Shown one piece after another: positions 40,070 to 49,061 of a stretch of 64,000 bases of DNA. The stretch lies in assembly GCA_013377075.1 (NCBI GenBank), contig JACABD010000008.1, forward strand, positions 9,119 through 73,118, read 5' to 3'. Position 1 is the first letter of the stretch, and each line of letters starts with the position of its first letter. The notes beneath the pieces are model-generated. The model worked only from the letters and a program-made list of their open reading frames with translations. It did not search any database and was not told where the DNA came from. The DNA is from Geobacteraceae bacterium. GTDB lineage: Bacteria > Desulfobacterota > Desulfuromonadia > Geobacterales > DSM-12255. Position numbers and translations under genes: made by a program.

Positions 40070-41446
40070 ATGTCTGATAAAAAGAGAATTCTGTTGATTG
40101 ACAACGAAGAGGGTTTATGCAGGATGATGGAGGCTGTGCTTCTTGACTCTGGCTACAAAACAAAGGCGTATACCCGCTCTTTTCAGGCGGTTGAAGAGTT
40201 TATTGCCGGTGAATGGGACCTTGTGATAAGCGATATCAAGATGCCGGGGATGGATGGACTTGAAGTGCTTCAGCGCATCAAAGCGAAGCAACCACTGATC
40301 CCCGTAATAATGATAACGGCGTATGCAACAGTTGAAATGTCTATACAAGCCCTTAGAAAGGGGGCTTACGATATGCTGACAAAACCCTTCGAACCGGAGG
40401 AGCTGCTCTACAGGGTAAAAAATGCTCTTACGCAGACTGAACTTATCGAAGAGAATCGGGAACTTAAGGAAGAGCTTGCCGGTAAATTCAAATTCGAAAA
40501 CATCATCGGTGCTTCGACCGGACTCAAATCAGTTCTTGAGAGGGTTGAGAAAATGGCAATCAGAGATATTTCTGTACTTATCACCGGTGAGTCCGGGACT
40601 GGAAAAGAACTTATAGCCCAGGCGACCCACTACAACTCCCCTAGAAAAGGGAAGCGTTTTGTTGCCATAAACTGCGGTGCTCTGCCAGAATCAATACTTG
40701 AGGGTGAGCTATTCGGTTACAAAAAAGGTGCTTTTACCGGTGCAAAGGAGAATCGTGCAGGTCTGCTCGAAACGGCTGACGGTGGCACACTTTTTCTAGA
40801 TGAGGTCGGGAACCTGCCGATGAACGTACAAAAGACCCTGCTTCGTTTCCTCCAGGAACAGGAGTTTAACCGCCTGGGTGACACTACTCCAACCAAGGTG
40901 GATGTAAGGGTTCTTTCGGCAACTAATTCAGATCTAAAGCAGGCAGTTAAACGTGGAGCTTTCCGTGAAGATCTTTATTATCGGCTGAATGTTGTCAATA
41001 TTCACCTTCCGCCGCTAAGGGAGCGAAGGGCCGACATCCCTCTCCTTGCTGCTTATTTTATAAATTTGCAGAACAGAAAGTTCGGCACAGGGGTAAAGGG
41101 ACTTGACTCCGAGGCTATGGCTGCGATTGCACAGTATGACTGGCCCGGAAATATTAGAGAGATGAAAAATGTAATAGAAGCCTCTATGGCCATGGAGAGC
41201 GAAGAGCACCTTACCCTTTCAACGCTGGCCCAGTTTATTGATATGCCGGAGGATATCTGTTCAATGCCGCTTGACGAGCAGATGGGCGGGGATTACAGCA
41301 GTGCCATGGCAAAATTCGAAGCAGAATATCTTCGCGGGCTACTCGGGCGCTATTCCTGGAGTGTTGATGCCGCAGCCAGGGATGCAGGGATGAATATGGC
41401 GACCATGTACAGGAAAATAAAGAAGTATTCGCTGAAAAAGGAGTAA
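40070..41446 (+). CDS. Sigma-54-dependent response regulator (NtrC family)
   Basis: REC domain (DLVISDIKMPGMDG), AAA+ domain GESGTGKE, GAFTGA loop, C-terminal HTH. Confidence 0.9.
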   Translation: MSDKKRILLIDNEEGLCRMMEAVLLDSGYKTKAYTRSFQAVEEFIAGEWDLVISDIKMPGMDGLEVLQRIKAKQPLIPVIMITAYATVEMSIQALRKGAYDMLTKPFEPEELLYRVKNALTQTELIEENRELKEELAGKFKFENIIGASTGLKSVLERVEKMAIRDISVLITGESGTGKELIAQATHYNSPRKGKRFVAINCGALPESILEGELFGYKKGAFTGAKENRAGLLETADGGTLFLDEVGNLPMNVQKTLLRFLQEQEFNRLGDTTPTKVDVRVLSATNSDLKQAVKRGAFREDLYYRLNVVNIHLPPLRERRADIPLLAAYFINLQNRKFGTGVKGLDSEAMAAIAQYDWPGNIREMKNVIEASMAMESEEHLTLSTLAQFIDMPEDICSMPLDEQMGGDYSSAMAKFEAEYLRGLLGRYSWSVDAAARDAGMNMATMYRKIKKYSLKKE

Positions 41447-41559
41447 GTGGTTAATTTTATCTGTCCCTTTTTTGTTTTAAGTTTGACTGAATTTTGCTAT
41501 AAGCAGTCTTCGTGGCAGATTATTGCTTTGCCTGCTGAAAATTACGAGGATTCTTTCAT

Positions 41560-42627
41560 ATGACCCAGGCAAGGCAAGACGCTGCATTGGCACTTATAGA
41601 GCTATTCGAAGTGGATGCACTACTACTGCTTGGTCTGGTGAATATCCGCTATCTATCCGGCTTTAAAGGTAGTGATGGTGCGCTGCTTATTTTGCCTCAA
41701 GATCGGCATCTGCTCTGTGATTCCAGATATACGCTACAGGCTTCGGATGAGGCGGAACTTTGTACTGTTGCCGAGTACAAATCAAAGTCGGAAGGGATCA
41801 CATTACTTCTGAAAAAGGTTGGCTGCAAGCGGGTTGCATTTGATGCTGAGAAAGTCACGGTATCTTTCCTTAACATATTAAAAACGGCTCTTCCTGATGT
41901 AGATTTCATTCCAGTTGCCGACGAACTCGATCAGCTCCGTGCTGTGAAGAGTCTTGATGAAATCAAGTCTATATCCGCCGCTGCAAATCTGTCGTCAACT
42001 GCATTTAATGAGCTTTTACCGCTCATAAAACCTGGCGTTTCCGAGCGCAGTATAGCTCTTGAGCTGGAATTTATCATGAAGCGCTCTGGAGCTGAAGAAA
42101 AGGCTTTTGATTTTATCGTTGCTTCGGGGTATCGCGGAGCGCTCCCTCACGCAAGGCCTACTGAAAAGCTGCTTGAAGCCGGCGAAATGGTGACAATAGA
42201 TTTTGGTGCCCGTCTTGATGGCTACAACTCTGATGAAACCGTTACCGTTTCTGTGGGAGAGCCTGACAAAAAGCTTTATGATATATATCGCATTGTCAAG
42301 GAGGCTCATGATCTCGCTATCAGCGCCATAAGACCAGGGATCGAGTGCAGTTCGCTTGATGAAATTGCCCGGAGCCATATAAATAACTGCGGTTATGGCG
42401 ACTTTTTCGGGCATGGCCTGGGACATGGAGTCGGACTTGAAGTCCACGAGAAGCCTGTCATCTCTCCGCGTAGCCGTCAAAGGACGCAAGTGGGGATGGT
42501 TTTTACGGTCGAGCCAGGTATTTATATCCCTGATTTTGGCGGAGTGAGGATCGAGGATCTTGTTCAGGTTACAGAGGAAGGTTGCATCATTTTAAGTAAA
42601 GCTAGTAAAGAGTTGAATGTTTGCTGA
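41560..42627 (+). CDS. M24 family Xaa-Pro aminopeptidase/dipeptidase
   Basis: DFGARLDGYNSDET, HGLGHGVGLEVHE, EPGIYIP, RIED. Confidence 0.85.
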   Translation: MTQARQDAALALIELFEVDALLLLGLVNIRYLSGFKGSDGALLILPQDRHLLCDSRYTLQASDEAELCTVAEYKSKSEGITLLLKKVGCKRVAFDAEKVTVSFLNILKTALPDVDFIPVADELDQLRAVKSLDEIKSISAAANLSSTAFNELLPLIKPGVSERSIALELEFIMKRSGAEEKAFDFIVASGYRGALPHARPTEKLLEAGEMVTIDFGARLDGYNSDETVTVSVGEPDKKLYDIYRIVKEAHDLAISAIRPGIECSSLDEIARSHINNCGYGDFFGHGLGHGVGLEVHEKPVISPRSRQRTQVGMVFTVEPGIYIPDFGGVRIEDLVQVTEEGCIILSKASKELNVC

Positions 42628-42661
42628 ATTTTATTCGTATTAAAAAAAGGAGATGAGAAAG

Positions 42662-43123
42662 ATGGATATTAAAGACCTTAAAGTACTTGTAAAGATGATT
42701 ACCGAAACCGATATCACCGAGTTTGAGCTGGAGAATGGTGAAGAGAGGATATTTCTTAAACGTGGCAGTGAGCCACAGGTAGTTCAATATCAGGCAGCCC
42801 CGGCTCCTGTGTATTCAGCTGCTCCGCAGGCTGTTGCCCATTCGGCTGCACCTGCCGCACCTGCTGTAGCAGAAGAAGACAAGGGCGAGAGAATTCCATC
42901 CCCCATAGTAGGCACTTTCTATCGCGCACCGTCTCCTGATTCAGCTCATTATGTAGAGGTTGGCCAGGTTGTCGAGAAAGGACAGGTTCTTTGCATAGTC
43001 GAAGCGATGAAGCTTATGAACGAAATAGAAGCAGAGTTCCGCTGCAAGATTTTGAAAATATGCAGAGAGAATGCTGAGCCGGTTGAGTACAATGATACTC
43101 TGTTTATCGTTGAGAAACTCTAG
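42662..43123 (+). CDS. accB: Biotin carboxyl carrier protein of acetyl-CoA carboxylase
   Basis: EAMKLMNEIEAE biotinyl-Lys motif and an Ala/Pro-rich linker. AGGAG spacing favours ATG 42662 over 42653. Confidence 0.9.
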   Translation: MDIKDLKVLVKMITETDITEFELENGEERIFLKRGSEPQVVQYQAAPAPVYSAAPQAVAHSAAPAAPAVAEEDKGERIPSPIVGTFYRAPSPDSAHYVEVGQVVEKGQVLCIVEAMKLMNEIEAEFRCKILKICRENAEPVEYNDTLFIVEKL

Positions 43124-43147
43124 CAGAGAGCCAATAGGAGAAATTAA

Positions 43148-44488
43148 ATGTTTCATAAAGTCCTAATCGCCAATCGCGGTGAAATTGCGATGCGGGTTAT
43201 ACGCGCCTGCAAAGAGCTTGGAATCAAAACAGTTGCTGTATACTCGACTGCTGACAGGGATTCTCTTCATGTAAAGCTTGCCGATGAGAGCGTCTGTATA
43301 GGGCCCCCTCCAAGCATTCACAGTTACCTCAATATAAACGCGATAATCAGCGCAGCTGAACTGACCGATGCCGAGGCGATACATCCCGGATACGGCTTTC
43401 TCTCTGAAAATGCCGCCTTTGCAGAGATTTGCGAGAACTGTGGCATAAACTTTATCGGTCCAAACTCCTCCAGCATGAGGATAATGGGTGATAAAATCAG
43501 CGCCCGTCAGGCTGTTATCAAGGAAGGTGTGCCCATCCTTCCCGGAACCAAGGAAGGGGTTAAGGATGTAAATGAGGCTGTGAAAATTGCCAAAGAGATC
43601 GGGCTTCCTGTTATCATCAAGGCAACAGCAGGTGGTGGTGGTCGAGGCATGAAGATTGTTCACTCGCCTGCAGCGCTGCCTAATGCATTCGCGACAGCCC
43701 GTGCGGAGGCCCAGGCCGGTTTTGGCAACCCGGATGTTTATATTGAAAAATACTGTGAGCAGCCGCGTCACGTCGAAATTCAGATCCTTGGCGACAAGCA
43801 TGGTAATGTCATCCACCTTGGTGAGCGTGACTGCTCTATTCAAAGACGCCACCAGAAGATCATTGAAGAGGCACCTTCTACTGTAAGCACTCCTGCGCTA
43901 CGTCAGGCCATGGGTGATGCCGCAGTCCGTGCTGCAAAGGCTGTCGGTTACTACAGTGCTGGAACTGTTGAATTTCTTGTGGATAAGCATAATAACTTTT
44001 TCTTCATGGAGATGAATACCCGTGTCCAGGTTGAGCACCCTGTAACTGAGATGGTTACAGGGGTTGATATAGTGCGCGAGCAGATCAGGATCGCATATGG
44101 CAACAAGCTTCGCTACAAGCAGAGTGATATAAAGATAAACGGCCATGCCATTGAATGCCGCATAAACGCCGAAGATCCGGTCAAATTCACACCCTGTCCT
44201 GGCAAGATAACCTCCTACCATACTCCTGGCGGCCTTGGAGTTCGTGTTGACTCATTTGTCTACGATGGTTATACTGTAGTACCGCATTATGATTCACTTA
44301 TAGCCAAATTGATAGTTCATGCAGAGACAAGGGAAGATGCCATAAAGCGTATGGCAAGAGCTCTTGATGAGTACCTTGTAGAAGGAATAAAAACGACAAT
44401 TCCTTTTCACAAAAGGCTTATGGCCAACAAAGATTTTATCGAAGGAAACATAGACACAAGTTTTCTTGAGAGGGTGGTATTGGAGTAA
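43148..44488 (+). CDS. accC: Biotin carboxylase
   Basis: [35 protein letters not shown]. Confidence 0.95.
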   Translation: MFHKVLIANRGEIAMRVIRACKELGIKTVAVYSTADRDSLHVKLADESVCIGPPPSIHSYLNINAIISAAELTDAEAIHPGYGFLSENAAFAEICENCGINFIGPNSSSMRIMGDKISARQAVIKEGVPILPGTKEGVKDVNEAVKIAKEIGLPVIIKATAGGGGRGMKIVHSPAALPNAFATARAEAQAGFGNPDVYIEKYCEQPRHVEIQILGDKHGNVIHLGERDCSIQRRHQKIIEEAPSTVSTPALRQAMGDAAVRAAKAVGYYSAGTVEFLVDKHNNFFFMEMNTRVQVEHPVTEMVTGVDIVREQIRIAYGNKLRYKQSDIKINGHAIECRINAEDPVKFTPCPGKITSYHTPGGLGVRVDSFVYDGYTVVPHYDSLIAKLIVHAETREDAIKRMARALDEYLVEGIKTTIPFHKRLMANKDFIEGNIDTSFLERVVLE

Positions 44489-44490
44489 AT

Positions 44491-44880
44491 ATGGATCTGC
44501 CGGAAGAACTTTTATACAGTAAAGAGCACCTTTGGATCAGGGTTGAAGGGGGAAAGGCAGTTGTTGGTGTCACCGACTATGCCCAGGAGCAACTAGGAAC
44601 TATAAGTGCCCTTGAACTCCCTGATGCAGAGGATGAACTCGATCAGGATGATTCTTTTGGAACAGTTGAGGCGAGGAAAACAGTTGCAGATCTCTATGCT
44701 CCTGTAAGTGGGGCAGTTCTTGAGGTAAATACAGAAGTCATTGACTCCCCTGAGATTGTTAATGACGATCCCTATGATAGCGGATGGCTACTGGTGATCG
44801 AGATGGCTGATCCGGAAGAGCTTAAGCTTTTAATGTCTGCGGATGATTATCTAGAGCATGTTTCAGAGGCTGTTGACTGA
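44491..44880 (+). CDS. gcvH: Glycine cleavage H-protein-like lipoyl carrier
   Basis: YSKEHLWIRVEG, with lipoyl-Lys context VEARKTVADLYAPVSG. 129 aa. Confidence 0.85.
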   Translation: MDLPEELLYSKEHLWIRVEGGKAVVGVTDYAQEQLGTISALELPDAEDELDQDDSFGTVEARKTVADLYAPVSGAVLEVNTEVIDSPEIVNDDPYDSGWLLVIEMADPEELKLLMSADDYLEHVSEAVD

Positions 44881-44903
44881 TCTGGTTTTTACATGAAGGT
44901 CTG

Positions 44904-44934
44904 AAAGGCGAGAATCTCTCGCCTTTTTTGTTTT
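44904..44934 (+). terminator. Rho-independent terminator after gcvH
   Basis: AAAGGCGAGA / TCTCGCCTTT stem with a 3-nt loop, then TTTGTTTT. Confidence 0.8.
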
Positions 44935-44949
44935 ACTGGAGAGAACAGG

Positions 44950-45777
44950 ATGTTCCGTGTAGGAGAAATAAGTTATCTTAACTGTACCCCGCTTTTCACG
45001 GTATTAAGAAGCAGTTATGCTAATGACGGCTACAGTTTTGTCAGTGGCCATCCCTCCGAACTCAATGCTAAGCTCCGAAGCGGAGAGATAGATCTCTGTC
45101 CTTCATCATCCATAGAGTATGCTCAAAATCCAGATAAATACCTGATCCTCCCTGATCTCTCCATTAGTTCAAAAGGCGCGGTGAAAAGTGTCCTTCTATT
45201 TTCGGCGCTGCCGATTGAAGCACTTGACGGGGTCTCTATCGGGCTTACAGGGGAGTCTGAGACTTCGGTGATTCTACTGAAAATCCTTCTCACGATGAAA
45301 TACTCCTTTGCAAACTCCTATTACAAGGCAGCCGAGTCAGATCAGAGCATTTACTCTGGGCATGATGCGCTGCTTTTGATTGGTGACAGAGCATTAGCAG
45401 AGGCCTCAAAGTTTTATGATGCTCATGTTTACGACCTTGGCGAGTTATGGCAAGAGTTTACCGGACTGCCGTTTGTCTTTGCGCTTTGGCTCCTGCGGGA
45501 GGATTCCTTTCATCGCTCTCCGCAAACCGTTCGCCTCTTGCATGAGAGGTTTGTCTGCTCAAAAGAAAGGGCTATAGCCAGCTTTAACGAGATATCGCAG
45601 ACGACAAAACAGAATATCTGGGACAACCCTTCTTTCCTGATCAACTACTGGAACATTATATCCTATGATTTGACCAAGGAACATATTGAGGGGGTAAAGC
45701 TGTTTTACCGATATGCTGCAAAGTGTGGCTTTATCGAATCTGAGCCGCAACTTCGGATGCTTGAGTGGAATTCCTGA
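44950..45777 (+). CDS. mqnA: MqnA-like chorismate dehydratase (futalosine menaquinone pathway)
   Basis: RVGEISYLNCTPLF is the N-terminus typical of the VitK2_biosynth/MqnA family. 275 aa. Confidence 0.65.
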   Translation: MFRVGEISYLNCTPLFTVLRSSYANDGYSFVSGHPSELNAKLRSGEIDLCPSSSIEYAQNPDKYLILPDLSISSKGAVKSVLLFSALPIEALDGVSIGLTGESETSVILLKILLTMKYSFANSYYKAAESDQSIYSGHDALLLIGDRALAEASKFYDAHVYDLGELWQEFTGLPFVFALWLLREDSFHRSPQTVRLLHERFVCSKERAIASFNEISQTTKQNIWDNPSFLINYWNIISYDLTKEHIEGVKLFYRYAAKCGFIESEPQLRMLEWNS

Positions 45778-48149
45778 TGGACAGGCTTTCCGATTGGATG
45801 TCATGGACTGAAATACTAAACCGCCGATTTTCTGTGAATGGTATCTGTCATCAATCAGTGGAGGAGGGCATCATTCTCGGCAGGGCAGAACGCCTTCTTA
45901 TAGTGGCTTTTGCCAGATTGGTTCTTCTGGCTGTTCTTGCAGTATACGGTGCTCTGGCGGGCAGTACTTATTTCTTTAGTCAATACGGTTCGTTCATTTC
46001 CAAAAAACAGTTAACTCTTCTTGTTGCAACTATCGCCATAGTTTTTCTGTATACACTCATCAGTTACCTTTTCAGCCAGACTCTTGCCAGGTACCGCTTT
46101 TCCCGGCACATACTCATTGTCTTCGACCTTTTGCTTGTAACCGTGCTTGTCCACTGTAGCGGCGGTGCTATAAGCTGGTTCTGGCCGATATATATGATAG
46201 TGACAATTGAGGCGGCTTATCTTCTTGATGTAAAGCTTGATGTCTGGTTGATCGGTTGTGCTGGCGGGTTCTTCTACTGTTTTCTTATTATTGCTGAGGG
46301 TCTTGAATTAATTCCATCGGTAAAAATGCCTTTTGTGGATAGCTCACTTAATAGTGATCCCCATTACCTGTTCCTTATGGCTCTGTGGGTTGTCATTACA
46401 AATACAGTTACAGCAGTTATTGCCATATCGCTAATGTCTGTTGTCAGGCGTGAGGCCACGCTTGCAAGGGAGAGTGAGGAGCGACTTCTCGGATTCATTG
46501 AAAACGCTAATGACTTTATTCACTGTAACTCACCAGATGGCACCATTCACTTTATGAACAGGGCAATGCGGCAGTCCATCGACTGTTCGCACGATAATGG
46601 CGGCCTTAAGCCGTTCATCGACATTATCTCCAAAGAGTCTCAGGATATGGCATCCAGGGAACTTAGAAAAATAGTCTCCGGCAACAGTGTAGATGCATTC
46701 GAATTATCGTTCAAGGGTGCAAGCGGTCAGGAGATATGCGCCGAAGGAAATCTTGCCTGTAACTTCAAGGATGGCGCACCTCTACTCCTGTGGGGTATAT
46801 GGCGAGATGTGTCAGAGAAGAAGCGTTCCCAGGAGCGACTTTACAGCCTAGCCCATAATGACAGCCTTACCGGTCTTCCAAACCGGATACTTTTTCGGGA
46901 CAGGCTCAAGCAGTCGATAGCCTATGCAAACCGTCAGAAACGCACTGTTGCACTGCTATTTCTCGACCTTGACCGATTTAAAGTAATTAACGACTCGCTT
47001 GGTCATCCTTTGGGGGACAGGCTTCTTAAGTCCGTTGCAAAGACTTTGCAATCTTCTGTTCGAGAAGTCGATACAGTTGCCAGGTTCGGAGGAGATGAGT
47101 TCACTATTGTGATCAGTAATCTTGAACAGCCGGAGGATGCATTGCTGGTAGCGAAAAAGATTCTTTCATCCCTTGAAAAACCTTTCAATGTCGATGGGAA
47201 CGAGCTTTTTGCCATGGCAAGTATCGGAGTCAGCCTCTATCCTGCACATGGTGATGATATTGACAGCCTTATAAAAAAGGCAGACATAGCAATGTATGAG
47301 GCTAAATCGCAGGGTGGAGACCGCTGGGTTCTCTATGATCCGGTAATGGATCAGAATTCGTACAAGCGACTGCTTCTTGAAAACAGTCTTAGAAAAGCCC
47401 TTGCCAAAGATGAACTAAGGCTGGTCTATCAGCCCAAAGTTGATATCATAAGTGGCCAGATTACGGCGATGGAGGCTCTTTTGCGCTGGGATCACCCTGA
47501 TCTCGGACTTATAAAGCCGGACGAGTTCATTCCGCTTGCAGAAGAGACCGGGTTGATCATTGCGATAGGTGAGTGGGTTCTTGATCGTGCCTGCAGGCAG
47601 AATGTTGATTGGAGCAATCAGGGTATTGCAAAAATGCGTGTGGCGGTCAATATCTCCGGCCATCAGTTACAGCAGTCAGACTTTTTAAGCCGCCTTGTGG
47701 AGATCGTTTCTCGGACAGGCATGCCGTTTGAACAGCTTGAAATCGAAATTACCGAAAGTGTAATCATGCAAAATCCGGATTTTGCCATACATATTCTCAA
47801 TGAAGTGCAGAATAAAGGCATTCATATTTCTGTAGATGACTTCGGTACAGGCTATTCATCACTTGCTCATCTCAAGCGGTTTTCTGTCAATACCCTCAAA
47901 ATTGATAAGTCGTTTGTTCGGGATGTTGAATCAAATCAGACAGATGCTGCTATAACCTCCGCAATTATTGCTATGGGTAACAGCCTGAATCTGAGAGTGA
48001 TAGCCGAAGGGGTTGAGACTGAAGGGCAGTATACGTTTCTACAGGAGGCATTGTGTGACGAGATACAGGGCTACCTGATAAGCAGACCTATCCCGCCTGA
48101 GAAGGTGGGAGAATTTGTGAAAGCAAAAGGGTGGCGTAGTCGAAACTAA
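45777..48149 (+). CDS. Membrane PAS-GGDEF-EAL c-di-GMP turnover protein
   Basis: Multi-TM N-terminus, PAS domain, RFGGDEF, EALLRW, DDFGTGYSSL. ATG 45777 overlaps the mqnA stop (TGATG). Confidence 0.88.
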   Translation: MDRLSDWMSWTEILNRRFSVNGICHQSVEEGIILGRAERLLIVAFARLVLLAVLAVYGALAGSTYFFSQYGSFISKKQLTLLVATIAIVFLYTLISYLFSQTLARYRFSRHILIVFDLLLVTVLVHCSGGAISWFWPIYMIVTIEAAYLLDVKLDVWLIGCAGGFFYCFLIIAEGLELIPSVKMPFVDSSLNSDPHYLFLMALWVVITNTVTAVIAISLMSVVRREATLARESEERLLGFIENANDFIHCNSPDGTIHFMNRAMRQSIDCSHDNGGLKPFIDIISKESQDMASRELRKIVSGNSVDAFELSFKGASGQEICAEGNLACNFKDGAPLLLWGIWRDVSEKKRSQERLYSLAHNDSLTGLPNRILFRDRLKQSIAYANRQKRTVALLFLDLDRFKVINDSLGHPLGDRLLKSVAKTLQSSVREVDTVARFGGDEFTIVISNLEQPEDALLVAKKILSSLEKPFNVDGNELFAMASIGVSLYPAHGDDIDSLIKKADIAMYEAKSQGGDRWVLYDPVMDQNSYKRLLLENSLRKALAKDELRLVYQPKVDIISGQITAMEALLRWDHPDLGLIKPDEFIPLAEETGLIIAIGEWVLDRACRQNVDWSNQGIAKMRVAVNISGHQLQQSDFLSRLVEIVSRTGMPFEQLEIEITESVIMQNPDFAIHILNEVQNKGIHISVDDFGTGYSSLAHLKRFSVNTLKIDKSFVRDVESNQTDAAITSAIIAMGNSLNLRVIAEGVETEGQYTFLQEALCDEIQGYLISRPIPPEKVGEFVKAKGWRSRN

Positions 48150-48592
48150 AGTTGTATTTTTTTTGTCAGGTAATCATGAATAATCTGGTCATGGTCAAAG
48201 CAGAGCATTTGCGGAAGGTTGTCAAGTGGGAAGAGAACAGCTTTTGCAGCATCATCACCTGCCATGGGCATGCCGCTCCCTTTTGCAATATAGACCGTTG
48301 AAATGGTGTGCTGCCTCTTGTCTCTGTCTGGATCAGAATAGCAGCCAAGCAGCTTCAGATCAGTAACATTTATGGATGTCTCTTCAAACGCTTCGCGAAC
48401 GGCCGCATCTTCAAGCTTTTCCCCGTAGTCGACAAACCCGCCTGGCAGTGCCCACCCAATAGGGTCGTTTTTACGCTCTATCAAAACGATTCCATTGTTG
48501 ATTTCAATAATAATATCAACCGTTGGAACAGGGTTTCTGTAGGCCTTTACAGCGATGCCGCATGAGGGGCATGTGAGGATATTGAATGCCAT
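48146..48592 (-). CDS. NUDIX hydrolase with N-terminal zinc-ribbon
   Basis: CPSCG... then Nudix box GGFVDYGEKLEDAAVREAFEET. Confidence 0.85.
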   Translation of the reverse strand: MAFNILTCPSCGIAVKAYRNPVPTVDIIIEINNGIVLIERKNDPIGWALPGGFVDYGEKLEDAAVREAFEETSINVTDLKLLGCYSDPDRDKRQHTISTVYIAKGSGMPMAGDDAAKAVLFPLDNLPQMLCFDHDQIIHDYLTKKIQL

Positions 48593-48600
48593 TTGATGCC

Positions 48601-48627
48601 CAATAAAAAAGGGGGGATAGCTCCCCC
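48601..48627 (-). terminator. Rho-independent terminator (minus strand) after the PxxKW gene
   Basis: Minus strand reads GGGGGGA-GCTA-TCCCCCC followed by TTTTTTATT. Confidence 0.8.
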
Positions 48628-48652
48628 CTTTGATATATATGTAAAGTCTGAA

Positions 48653-48940
48653 CTATTTTTTCTTTGCAACAGCCTTTTTGGAAGCTTTGAGCGGATTGAT
48701 TTTGAGGTCTTCCGTCTTGATCTCAACTTTGACATGTGTGGCAAAGTTGCAGATGCCGTTCAGCCATTTTTTCTCAGGCGCAGGGTAGGAGCTGCAAATT
48801 CTCCCGATACTTCCTTCAACGATCCTGTCACACCCTTCACAATTATCGACTATCACCTGACAAGAACCGTCAGAGAATACACATCCCTGTTTCCCCCAGA
48901 AAGTACACTCGCTGCCGGGAAGAACTGTTTGACACTGCAT
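48653..48940 (-). CDS. Small Cys-rich protein, PxxKW family-like
   Basis: 95 aa with 10 Cys (CQ..., CTF, GC, CQ, CEGC, CSS, C), a PEKKW motif and a Lys-rich tail. Confidence 0.6.
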   Translation of the reverse strand: MQCQTVLPGSECTFWGKQGCVFSDGSCQVIVDNCEGCDRIVEGSIGRICSSYPAPEKKWLNGICNFATHVKVEIKTEDLKINPLKASKKAVAKKK

Positions 48941-49061
48941 GAAGAAAGCCTCCTAATTACTTTAATTTCGTAGATTTTCAATGTAGCAATTTTGCGGAAA
49001 AAAAGTCAACAGTAAAATATCTAGCTATTTTTCGAATCTGATCATAAAGAGCGCCGCCGGA

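Noticed and set aside
41513-41527. Sigma-54-like TGGCAGATTATTGCT upstream of the M24 peptidase gene
   Set aside because: It has the same one-nucleotide spacing defect (GG-N9-GC), so I do not call it a promoter.
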